From contig CBDCGL010000011.1 of NCBI GenBank assembly GCA_965216755.1, positions 2,688,001 through 2,752,000 of the forward strand: 64,000 nt of DNA, written 5' to 3'. A model generated the notes under the pieces. The model had not been told where the DNA came from and did no database searches. It saw nothing but the letters and a program-made list of their open reading frames with translations. Position 1 is the first letter of the stretch. Every line of letters begins with the position of its first letter. The translations under genes and the position numbers were made by a program. Source of the stretch: Alphaproteobacteria bacterium. GTDB lineage: Bacteria > Pseudomonadota > Alphaproteobacteria > UBA7887. Positions 31,354 through 40,587 of this stretch are shown piece after piece.

Positions 31354-31387
31354 ACGCTGCGTCCATGACCGGCGGTCGGCCCGATCG

Positions 31388-32107
31388 ATGATCCCGCTGC
31401 ACGACGACAATCCAACCGAGATCACGCCGGTGGTCACCATCGCGCTCATCGCGGCTTGCGCGGTGGCGTTCCTGTGGCAGCAGGCGCTGCCCGACCGCAC
31501 CGCGCTGGCCGCGGTGTATAGCTACGGCATGATCCCGTCGGTTTTGTTCGACCAAGATGTGCTTGCACCCGAACTGTACCGGCTGCCGGCCGAAGTGACC
31601 GTGTTCACGTCGATGTTTTTGCACGGTGGTTGGATGCACATCATTGGCAACATGCTGTTCCTGTGGGTGTTCGGGAACAATATCGAAGACGCCATGGGTC
31701 ACGTGCGCTTTGCGTTGTTTTATGCCCTGTGCGGGGTTGCGGCAGCGTTGGCGCAAGCGCTGTCGGAGCCGGGCAGCGACATTCCCATGATCGGCGCCAG
31801 CGGGGCCGTGTCCGGCGTCTTAGCTGGCTATTTGTTGCTGCACCCGCACGCCCGGGTCTTGACGATGGTGATCATCATATTTTTCATTCGTATGATTCGT
31901 TTGCCAGCGTGGGTGCTATTGGGCCTGTGGATCGTTATGCAGCTCTACAATGCCGCGGTGACCCCAACCGGCGAAGCCGGCGTCGCGTGGATGGCCCATG
32001 TCGGTGGCTTTGTCGCCGGTTTGGCCTTGATCGGCCTGTTCAAGCGTCGGGACATTCCGTTTTTCGGCGATGGCGGGCCACCGCGTGGCCGCGGCCCCTG
32101 GGGATAA
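31388..32107 (+). CDS. Rhomboid family intramembrane serine protease
   Basis: MIPLHDDNP, FLHGGWMHIIGNM, GASGAVSG, AHVGGF. Confidence 0.94.
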   Translation: MIPLHDDNPTEITPVVTIALIAACAVAFLWQQALPDRTALAAVYSYGMIPSVLFDQDVLAPELYRLPAEVTVFTSMFLHGGWMHIIGNMLFLWVFGNNIEDAMGHVRFALFYALCGVAAALAQALSEPGSDIPMIGASGAVSGVLAGYLLLHPHARVLTMVIIIFFIRMIRLPAWVLLGLWIVMQLYNAAVTPTGEAGVAWMAHVGGFVAGLALIGLFKRRDIPFFGDGGPPRGRGPWG

Positions 32108-32354
32108 CATCGCCGGGACGTGACGATTGCTGTGGCAGCGCCGGCATCGCTTTAAACCTAAATCGTCGTGGTCTGGCTTGACCTGGCCACAAGTAAACAC
32201 AATCGCCGGCGAAGGGTGCTACCCGCTGCGGTTTGTGTTTACTTGCCCACGGGTCGAGCGCGTGGGCGACGAACGAGTTACATGTGATTTCGCCTCGACA
32301 ACGGTGGGGTGCTGTGCTGCCCCATGGTTCGTGTGTATCGACCCGTGCGCGCCG

Positions 32355-35300
32355 TTAATGAAAATTCCGGGCGCGGACGGGAAGGTCGCGCGGATCGCGG
32401 GGCTGTCGAGCGGCCTCGTCGGCGTGGGCGGGCGCGTTGTCCATGGTGCCTTTGGGACCGGCCAGTTTGCGCAATGTGTCGGTGAAATCTTCCAAATGTT
32501 CCGCGACCACATGGATCACGGCGCCTTCGCGTTGCACCGTGCCCTGCACCGCCAGCAGCTTGGCCCCCAGCACCACACGCCGATAGCGTTCGAACGCATC
32601 GGGCCACACGATAATGTTGGCAACCCCGGTTTCATCCTCCAGCGTGGCGAAAATCACGCCCTTGGCGGTGCCCGGCCGCTGGCGCACCAACACCAGACCA
32701 GCCAACTTCACCCGCTTGCCGTCGGCCGTGCGCACCAGCCGCGCATTGGGGATGATGCCGCGATGCGCCAAATTGCGACGCAGCAAAGCCAATGGATGCT
32801 GCTTCAGCGACAGGCGCAGCACGTTGTAATCCTCGACCACCTCCTCGCCGAGGCTCATGTCGGGCAACGCAACCGCGGGTTCGGTGCCGGCGACCGCGTC
32901 GCCATGGCGAGCTTCGGCGGCGGCGAACAACGGCAAGGGTGGTTCGCCCAGGCCCTTGATCGCCCATAGGGCGCGACGTCGGGGCAAGCCGAGGGAACCG
33001 AACGCGTCCGCCTGGGCCAGCCGATCCAGTGCCGCCGCGCTCAACCCCGCCCGCCGCCACAATGCGCGCGGGCTTTCATAACCGGGGCCACGCGCCACCA
33101 TCAGACGCGTGGCGTCCTGCTCCTTGAAGCCTTTGATCTGACGCAAGCCGAGGCGCAGGGCGACGCCGCCGGCCGTGTCGTCCGGCTCCAGCGTACAATC
33201 CCAATCACTGCGATTGACATCGGGTGGACGCACGGTCACGCCGTGATCGCGGGCATCGCGCACGATCTGGGCCGGGGCGTAAAATCCCATTGGCTGGCTA
33301 TTGATCAGCGCCGCCGCGAAGGCGGCCGGATAATGGCATTTCAGCCATGATGACACATAGACCAGCAGAGCAAAACTGGCGGCGTGGCTTTCGGGAAAAC
33401 CATATTCACCGAAGCCTTCGATTTGATTGAAGCAGCGTTCGGCGAACTCACGGTCGTAGCCGCGCGCGACCATGCCCTCAACCAGCTTGACGCGAAAATT
33501 GTGGATCTCGCCGGTTTTGCGAAACGTTGCCATGGCCCGCCGCAACTGGTCGGCTTCCTCGGGCGTGAAACCGGCGGCGACCACGGCGATACGCATCGCC
33601 TGTTCCTGAAACAGCGGCACGCCCAAGGTCTTGCCCAAAACCTCGCGCAGCTCTTCGGACGGAAAGGTCATTTTCTCCTGCCCCGACCGACGGCGCAGAT
33701 AAGGATGCACCATGTCGCCCTGGATCGGCCCCGGACGCACGATCGCCACCTCGATCACCAGGTCATAAAAACTGCGCGGCTTGAGTCGCGGTAGCATGCT
33801 CATTTGTGCGCGGCTTTCGACCTGAAACACACCGATCGAATCGGCCCGGCACAACATGTCATAGACCACCGGATCTTCCGGCGGCACCGTCGCCAAGTTC
33901 AACGGTCTGTCGTGATGCTGGGCCAAAAACGTGAATGCCTTGCGCACACAGGTCAGCATGCCGAGCCCCAACACGTCCATCTTGAGCATGCCAAGCGTGT
34001 CGATATCGTCTTTGTCCCATTCGATCACCGTGCGGTCTTCCATGGCCGCGTTCTCGATCGGCACCATTTCCGACAGTCGCCCTCGGGTGATGACGAATCC
34101 GCCGGTATGCTGCGATAAATGACGGGGAAAGCCGATCAGATCTTGGCTTAACGACAAAGCCATCCCCAAACGGCGATCGCTGGGATCCAATCCGACTTCG
34201 CGTACGTGATCCGGGTTGACGCCATCGCTGCTCCACCCCCACACGGTGCGCGCCAGGGCGCCGACCGTGTCCAGCGACAACCCGAGCGCCTTACCGACCT
34301 CGCGTACCGCGCTGCGCGCCCGATAGGAAATCACCGTCGCGGTCAGGCCGACCCGATCGCGGCCATATTTTTTGTAGATATACTGGATCACCTCTTCGCG
34401 CCGCTCATGTTCGAAATCAACATCGATGTCGGGCGGCTCGTTGCGCGCCGCGCTGATGAAGCGTTCGAACAGCACGTCGTTGCGGCTGGGGTCGACCGCG
34501 GTGATGCCGAGGCAATAGCACACCGCCGAATTGGCCGCCGAACCGCGACCCTGGCACAAAATACCTTGGCTGTTGGCGAAACGAACAATGTCGTAAACGG
34601 TGAGGAAATAGGGCGCGTAGGACAGTTCATCGATCAAACGCAATTCATGATCGATTTGGCCGCGCACTTTGTCGGGCACGCCGTCCGGATAGCGCGCCGT
34701 TGCGCCGTCGGCCACCAAGTCGACCAGGTAGGCTTGCGGCAAGCGGCCGGCAGGGGCCAGTTCGTCGGGATATTCATAGGCCAAACTGTCGAGCGAAAAA
34801 GTGCATGATTCGGCGATTTGAACACTGCGCCGCAACGCTTCTGGATAGGTCGCAAACAGCCGTGCCATTTCGTCGGCGGCTTTAAGGTGCCGTTCGGCAT
34901 TCATCGCCAGCCGCAGGCCGGCCTGATCGATGGTGCAATGTTCCCGAATGCAGGTCAGCACGTCTTGCAAAACGCGCCGATCGGGCCGGTGATAATGTAC
35001 GTCGTTAGTCGCCACCAAAGGCGTGCCGGCGTTGTCTGCAAGCGCGGCGAGGCGTGCGATGCGGGCGGCATCATCGCCCTGATAACGGTGGCTGGCGGCC
35101 AAAAAGCACGGCCCCGGCAGCCGTTTGTTAAACGCCTTCAGCCAGGTCGCAAAGGCGGCATCGGGCCGATCCGGCGGCAGCACGATCAACATATGCCCGT
35201 CATGCTCGTCATGCAGGTCGTTATGGTTGAGCAGACATTGGCCCTTTTCCGCCCGCCGTTTGCCGCGGGTCAGCAGGCGCGACAAACGGCCATAGGCGGC

Positions 35301-35558
35301 CTTGTCGGTTGGCAAGCACAGCACACTCGGCCCCTCGGTGAAATCGAGCCGTGCGCCGACCACCAATTTGATGCCGACTTGCTTGGCCGCCGCGTGGGCC
35401 CGCACCACACCCGCCAAGGAATTGCGATCGGTGAGGGCGATGGCGTGATGACCCAGCGCCGCGGCGGTCACCACCAATTCTTGTGGATGCGCCGCCCCGC
35501 GCAGAAAGGTGAAATTGCTGGTGACCTGCAATTCCGCATAGGCAGCAACGGGCGTCAT
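32355..35558 (-). CDS. dnaE2: Error-prone DNA polymerase DnaE2 (ImuC)
   Basis: YAELQVTSNFTFLRGA, GRGSAANS, PPDIDVDFEH, FGEYGFPESHAASF, SRNFH-like tail ARNFH. Confidence 0.96.
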   Translation of the reverse strand: MTPVAAYAELQVTSNFTFLRGAAHPQELVVTAAALGHHAIALTDRNSLAGVVRAHAAAKQVGIKLVVGARLDFTEGPSVLCLPTDKAAYGRLSRLLTRGKRRAEKGQCLLNHNDLHDEHDGHMLIVLPPDRPDAAFATWLKAFNKRLPGPCFLAASHRYQGDDAARIARLAALADNAGTPLVATNDVHYHRPDRRVLQDVLTCIREHCTIDQAGLRLAMNAERHLKAADEMARLFATYPEALRRSVQIAESCTFSLDSLAYEYPDELAPAGRLPQAYLVDLVADGATARYPDGVPDKVRGQIDHELRLIDELSYAPYFLTVYDIVRFANSQGILCQGRGSAANSAVCYCLGITAVDPSRNDVLFERFISAARNEPPDIDVDFEHERREEVIQYIYKKYGRDRVGLTATVISYRARSAVREVGKALGLSLDTVGALARTVWGWSSDGVNPDHVREVGLDPSDRRLGMALSLSQDLIGFPRHLSQHTGGFVITRGRLSEMVPIENAAMEDRTVIEWDKDDIDTLGMLKMDVLGLGMLTCVRKAFTFLAQHHDRPLNLATVPPEDPVVYDMLCRADSIGVFQVESRAQMSMLPRLKPRSFYDLVIEVAIVRPGPIQGDMVHPYLRRRSGQEKMTFPSEELREVLGKTLGVPLFQEQAMRIAVVAAGFTPEEADQLRRAMATFRKTGEIHNFRVKLVEGMVARGYDREFAERCFNQIEGFGEYGFPESHAASFALLVYVSSWLKCHYPAAFAAALINSQPMGFYAPAQIVRDARDHGVTVRPPDVNRSDWDCTLEPDDTAGGVALRLGLRQIKGFKEQDATRLMVARGPGYESPRALWRRAGLSAAALDRLAQADAFGSLGLPRRRALWAIKGLGEPPLPLFAAAEARHGDAVAGTEPAVALPDMSLGEEVVEDYNVLRLSLKQHPLALLRRNLAHRGIIPNARLVRTADGKRVKLAGLVLVRQRPGTAKGVIFATLEDETGVANIIVWPDAFERYRRVVLGAKLLAVQGTVQREGAVIHVVAEHLEDFTDTLRKLAGPKGTMDNAPAHADEAARQPRDPRDLPVRARNFH

Positions 35559-35628
35559 AACGGGCAACGCTCCGAAGCACAGGCAACCATCGGATTGACG
35601 ACTTGATATCGGCATTGCCACAACCGAG

Positions 35629-37152
35629 TCACGCAAACAATCCGTGCAGAAACCAGCGTGGCGGCAGGTCGGGGGCGTCGCGATAAAGGCCCTCGCGAAA
35701 CAGCCAAAACCGCGCGCCGGTGTCGTCTTCCACCCGGTAATAATCGCGCGCCGGCGCATCTTCGTGCCACCATTCGCCGCTGATTCGTTCTGGCCCCGCG
35801 GCGCGCACCACCCGATGCACCCGGCCACGCCAGCGAAACAACAGCGGTGGATTGTCGGGTACCATGGCCATCGCCTCCACCGGCACCGGCGGGTTGAGCA
35901 GACGTACCGGCCGCGGCGGCCTGTGCGGCCAATCCGGTACCGGTTCGGTGGCAGGATCGTTGGCGAGCGGCGGCACGGTGGCCACCGCGCGTTCCGGCAC
36001 ATGGCTTTCGCGTGGCACGAAGCGGGCGATATTGTCGGGCCCCAAACGATTGGCAAGTCGGTCGACCAAGACCGCCAAATCACCGCCACCACCGTCGCCC
36101 CGGCCTGCGCCAGCCAGATCACTTTGCGCCGGGCTGACCGCGTCGGTGGCGGTGGCGGCGAGCATCATCACCTCAATGCCCTCGCCGACGTCCAAGCCGT
36201 CGAAGTGGTCGGCGAACAACCGCGCCAAATGCGCGCCATCGCGGGCCGGCCGACTGGTGCCGACCGCAATTGACAAACGCCGGCCATCAAGGCGAAACAG
36301 GCTCAGTTCCAAATGGCGCGCGCCGCGTGCCGCCCGATCCAGCTGGCAGCACAAATCGTCGAGCAAATCACGCAACACCTGGGCAATCGATAGGGTTTCA
36401 ACGATCGGCTCGACAAACGCGCGGCGTGCGTTGTAGGCGGTGACCGGCCGGCGCGGCGACAGTGGCTCACCAACCCGGCCCAGGGCCTGATCCACCCGCT
36501 CGATGACCACAGCGCCAAAGCGCCGCGCCACCGGTGCCCGCGGCGTGCCGATCAAATCACCGATGTGATACAGCCCGACCCGTTCCAAGGCGGCGACGGT
36601 GGCCGCGTCCAGGCGCAAGCCGGCAACGCTGAGCGGCGCCAGCACCGGCCGTACGGCCCCGGGAGCCACGATACCGCCCTGGCCGAAGCGGGCCACCGCC
36701 CAGGCGGCACCGGCGGTATCCGCCAAGGCCGCCCGGACCTGTATGCCGCGCCGGGCGATACCGTCCTTCAGCCGCGCCAGCAAAGCGGTTTCGCCGCCGA
36801 ACAAATGGGCGCATCCGGTGATGTCCAGCCATACCCCGTCATGGCCGTCGACCGCCACCCAGGGCGTGAATCTGAGCGCCCAATCTGCCAAACGCGCCAG
36901 CGCCCGCGCCGCCACGCGCGGCATCGCCGAACGCACATCCAGATCGGGGATCAACGCGCGCGCATCGCTCACGCTCATGCCGGGAGTCAAGCCCGCCGCC
37001 CGCGCCACCGGGCACACGGCCATCAGCCGCGTGGCACCGGCGACCTCCGTACTCAGCACCAGCGGTTTAGCCGGCGATTCGGCATGCCCCTGCTTGCGCG
37101 CCATTAGATCGGTCTGCCAATGGGGCAGCCAAAGCGAAACAATGCGTTTCAT
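35629..37152 (-). CDS. imuB: Y-family polymerase-like protein ImuB
   Basis: LDITGCAHLFGGE, GPERISGEWW, RDYYRVED..FWLFR, WFLHGLFA. Confidence 0.93.
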   Translation of the reverse strand: MKRIVSLWLPHWQTDLMARKQGHAESPAKPLVLSTEVAGATRLMAVCPVARAAGLTPGMSVSDARALIPDLDVRSAMPRVAARALARLADWALRFTPWVAVDGHDGVWLDITGCAHLFGGETALLARLKDGIARRGIQVRAALADTAGAAWAVARFGQGGIVAPGAVRPVLAPLSVAGLRLDAATVAALERVGLYHIGDLIGTPRAPVARRFGAVVIERVDQALGRVGEPLSPRRPVTAYNARRAFVEPIVETLSIAQVLRDLLDDLCCQLDRAARGARHLELSLFRLDGRRLSIAVGTSRPARDGAHLARLFADHFDGLDVGEGIEVMMLAATATDAVSPAQSDLAGAGRGDGGGGDLAVLVDRLANRLGPDNIARFVPRESHVPERAVATVPPLANDPATEPVPDWPHRPPRPVRLLNPPVPVEAMAMVPDNPPLLFRWRGRVHRVVRAAGPERISGEWWHEDAPARDYYRVEDDTGARFWLFREGLYRDAPDLPPRWFLHGLFA

Positions 37153-37906
37153 AGCACCAATCCACTTGCCAGGACTGTGCTCCCGCCGTGCCCCGGCAAC
37201 GGACCCGTTCGACTTGCCAACGCGGCCAGCCGAGACCATCCTGTCCGTCGCGCCCCGCGGCCGGTCGCGGCGCCACCCGCCAACGGGTCAACGCGACACT
37301 GCTGCCCACGCCGCGCCCACTGTCGCAATGACCGTGTAGCAACAGGCACGGCGTGCCAGAGGCCTGGGCCGCCAACTGCAAGCGGCGCCCGGCGGTGAGG
37401 TCAAGCGCACCGACCTCGCCCAACACCGCGCCCAAGCGGCCGGCACGCAGGCTTTCCTCCAGCACCCACAAGGCCTGCTCGGGGTGGCCGGCGCGCACCA
37501 TGATCACCCGCGCCGGGTCAAGCCCAAACGCGTGCAAGCCGGGTGCATAAAGATCCGCCCGCGTAAGACACCACAATGCCGGGCCATGCCCGGCGATCAG
37601 CCGCGCCATCAGCGCCGCCGCGAAGCCGCTGGCCGCCGCGACCGCCGCGGGTGTCGCCGTCGCACTTTCCACCTCGTGCACGCCGCCACGGGGCAAGCCA
37701 CCCCACGGCAACGTTTCATCCAACACCGCGAAACCCAGCGGCGTGGCGGCAATGGCAGCAACCTCGCTGCCCATTTCAAGGGCGTGGATACGCGCCCGCA
37801 AATGGGCAAGCAAAGCCGGATCGGATCGGCGTGTTATGGCCGAACGACGGATCGCCGAATGTGCCGAATGTAACGGCGACGTGTGTAAGATGGCATGACT
37901 CGGCAT
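37067..37906 (-). CDS. imuA: Damage-inducible protein ImuA
   Basis: LPWGGLPRGGVHE, LYAPGL..GLDP, RRLQLAA, TRWRV; RBS AGGAG. Confidence 0.9.
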   Translation of the reverse strand: MPSHAILHTSPLHSAHSAIRRSAITRRSDPALLAHLRARIHALEMGSEVAAIAATPLGFAVLDETLPWGGLPRGGVHEVESATATPAAVAAASGFAAALMARLIAGHGPALWCLTRADLYAPGLHAFGLDPARVIMVRAGHPEQALWVLEESLRAGRLGAVLGEVGALDLTAGRRLQLAAQASGTPCLLLHGHCDSGRGVGSSVALTRWRVAPRPAAGRDGQDGLGWPRWQVERVRCRGTAGAQSWQVDWCYETHCFALAAPLADRSNGAQAGACRIAG

Positions 37907-37944
37907 GCCGGATCTCCTGAGCCTTTGGGAACATTTTCATTATT

Positions 37945-37959
37945 GTTCTTGTTTTGTTC
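37945..37959. promoter_or_regulatory. Alphaproteobacterial LexA (SOS) box
   Basis: Exact GTTC-TTGTTTT-GTTC (GTTC-N7-GTTC), overlapping the -10 of a minus-strand promoter TTGACT-N17-TAGAAC (37984-37956) upstream of imuA. Confidence 0.9.
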
Positions 37960-38126
37960 TATTCCAACTCAACCTCGAAGTCAACCATTCCCACCTATAC
38001 CAAAGGCCCGCGCGACCACCACCCGCGGGCGATCAACAGGGCGGTCAGCACAGATGTCGCCTTGACGCGGTTTGCGCCTATGCGCCACATTTTGGACACC
38101 GTGGATGAGCACAGGAAGGTTTAACG

Positions 38127-39122
38127 ATGGCTGCAAGCGTCAACACAGCGACAGACGCGGCCCGGACGGGCATGTTTCGCTATATGACCGCGTCTGTGGA
38201 ACACTCATTGCTTCGCAACGGCAAGGTGCTCACCCGCCGCGACCATGACGGCAGCGACGACGTCTATGAGGGTGTCGATTTGGAAACACGGCAAATGCCC
38301 GTGCACGACGCCCGCAATCTGGAAGGAACCGCGCGCCGTACCCTCACCGTCAATGGCTTTGAGGTATGCGATAGCGTCCTAGCGCGGCCAGACTTGAACT
38401 TCTTCGATCACGAACAGGTCGTGCACCATTACTACCCGCAATGTGCCGAGATCATTCGCGCGGCGAGCGGCGCCCGATTCGTCGCCGCGTTCGACCACAA
38501 TGTGCGTTCGGCGGCCGGCAAACAGAGTAAGCGCCGTATCGAAGGCGGCCAGCAGGTGCAAGGGCCGGCGCACGTTGTCCACGGCGACTACACCCTGACT
38601 AGTGCCCCCCAACGGCTGCGCGACCTGACCAAACCGCCGACAGCGAACGACACCTTGCGGACCTTGTTAGGCGATGGTGAGTCCGTCCTCGACGCCGACG
38701 AGGTCGATCGCGCACTCACGAACGGCCGCTTCGCGATCATCAATGTCTGGCGCAATATCACGGACACACCCGTCGCGACCCATCCGCTTGCCCTGTGTGA
38801 CGCAGCCAGCGTGCGCCCCGAGCATTTGGTGGTGTTCGAAATCCACTATCACGACCGCATTGGCGAAAACTATTTCGCGAAGCACGCGGACGATCATCAA
38901 TGGTATTTCTATCCGGCCCTGACCCGCGATGAAGCCCTGCTGATCAAACAATGGGATTCGGCGGGTGAATTGGCACGTTCAAACGGCGCCCATGCCGATT
39001 CGGCACGGCCTGACTTGCCTTGCACCTTCAGTTTCCACAGTGCTTTCGATGACCCGGCGACACCACCGGACGCACCGGAACGATGGAGCATCGAAGTGCG
39101 TTGCGCGGTGCTCTACGACTGA
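38127..39122 (+). CDS. CmcJ/NvfI family Fe(II)/2OG-type oxidoreductase
   Basis: FDHNVR, VHGDYT (HxD), INVWR, PLALCDA, HQWYFYP, FHSAF, RWSIEVR. Confidence 0.87.
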   Translation: MAASVNTATDAARTGMFRYMTASVEHSLLRNGKVLTRRDHDGSDDVYEGVDLETRQMPVHDARNLEGTARRTLTVNGFEVCDSVLARPDLNFFDHEQVVHHYYPQCAEIIRAASGARFVAAFDHNVRSAAGKQSKRRIEGGQQVQGPAHVVHGDYTLTSAPQRLRDLTKPPTANDTLRTLLGDGESVLDADEVDRALTNGRFAIINVWRNITDTPVATHPLALCDAASVRPEHLVVFEIHYHDRIGENYFAKHADDHQWYFYPALTRDEALLIKQWDSAGELARSNGAHADSARPDLPCTFSFHSAFDDPATPPDAPERWSIEVRCAVLYD

Positions 39123-39363
39123 ACCCAAGCCGCCGCCTTCTAACGGCGGGTAACGCCAATCCAATCGTTCGGTGACGGCCGCGGGTAGACCGCTCATATT
39201 CGTGCGACACCACGGCACTGGCGGCATTCCAAGATGTGCGAACAGCGGCCGCCTGGCGGCTGGCGTCGTTTGCCATCTTCAGCCGCGATACCGATAATGG
39301 AAGGTGACAAAATGGCATTTTGGCGGTCAACCGGACGGGCCGTCCAGCCGAAGGAAATGTGGG

Positions 39364-40542
39364 ATGAACGATCAAGCGACGATACCGGCAGAAACCAGGC
39401 CGACCCGCGCGCAACACGCCGCCGGCATGGCCACGTATCATCAAGAGGGGTTGAGGCTGGCGCGTGAGATCGGCAATCGCGGGCCGGTGCGTTTCGACGC
39501 GAACGGCCGGCTTCACCCCGATATCGTGGCGGCGTATTGGCGACATGGTTTCTATGTTTTCGAAGGGGTCATTGACGCCGACGAAATCGGCGCCCTGCGC
39601 CGCGATGTCGGTACAATGCTGGAACGCGCGCCTGTGACACCCGATGCCACGGTCGATGCCCAGGGGCGGCCGGCGCTGGGGCTCGACTACGCCCGCACGC
39701 CCTATACATTCGTCAAGCCATTGAGCGACCCCTGGGGCGGCACGGATGTGTTGAGTGGCCGCCATCCGAGCAAAATGGCCGAGCCCGCCCCGGATACCGA
39801 TGCGCCTGAGGCCGTGGTCTTTTTGATGTATGGCATGTGCCAAGCCATGCCGGCCGGCCTGCGTCTCTATGGCCATCCCCACCTGTTGTCGATCGCCGAA
39901 GCAATCAATGGCGAAGATTTCGTCCCCTACAATGACGCAATATTCGTCAAGCAACCGGGGCTCGGTGGGTCGGTGGCCTGGCATCAAGACGGCGTCACCC
40001 ATTGGGACTCGCCCGATTGGGATGAAGGCATCCATGGATTCAATTTCCAGGTCCAGCTTTATCCGACGACACCCGGTAATTGTCTGTGGGTGGTGCCCGG
40101 CACACACAAATTGGGTCGCGTCGATATCAAACAGTGGGTGGCCGACAATGGCGGCGACGAAAGATTGCCCGGCGCCGTGCCGTTGACCTGCGCGCCCGGC
40201 GACGTGACGATGGTCAATCGCCAAATGGTCCATGGTTCGTTTGCCAATACCTCGCCGGACCTGCGCGTGTCGATTACCGTTGGCTTCCATCGGCGGAAAT
40301 CGGTTATCGGTGCCAAAGCCGTGCTTGGTGTCGAAGAAGATGGCGTGACCTATGATGAGCAACGCATCTTTGACCGCTCTGCCGTGATCGCGGTGGCGAT
40401 CGATGCCCGCCGGCAACAGCGCCCCGACGAAACACCGTTTCACTACAAACCATTCGCCGGACGCGAAGACGCGTTTCGTTTCAATGACGCGACATTCGAA
40501 CGCGTGATTCGCGACTACAACATCAAAGATCTGGCAATTTGA
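39364..40542 (+). CDS. Phytanoyl-CoA dioxygenase (PhyH) family protein
   Basis: FVKQPG..VAWHQD, CLWVVPGTH, PGDV..HGSFAN.S..R. Confidence 0.88.
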   Translation: MNDQATIPAETRPTRAQHAAGMATYHQEGLRLAREIGNRGPVRFDANGRLHPDIVAAYWRHGFYVFEGVIDADEIGALRRDVGTMLERAPVTPDATVDAQGRPALGLDYARTPYTFVKPLSDPWGGTDVLSGRHPSKMAEPAPDTDAPEAVVFLMYGMCQAMPAGLRLYGHPHLLSIAEAINGEDFVPYNDAIFVKQPGLGGSVAWHQDGVTHWDSPDWDEGIHGFNFQVQLYPTTPGNCLWVVPGTHKLGRVDIKQWVADNGGDERLPGAVPLTCAPGDVTMVNRQMVHGSFANTSPDLRVSITVGFHRRKSVIGAKAVLGVEEDGVTYDEQRIFDRSAVIAVAIDARRQQRPDETPFHYKPFAGREDAFRFNDATFERVIRDYNIKDLAI

Positions 40543-40587
40543 CGAAGCCGGAGCGGTGCCGCAGGGTCGCGCCCCGGCACGTCAGCG

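Noticed and set aside
35559-36122. N-terminally extended 1255-aa DnaE2 in the ORF track
   Set aside because: The extension overlaps imuB in another frame and looks non-protein-like; the family N-terminus begins at MTPVAAYAEL (35558)
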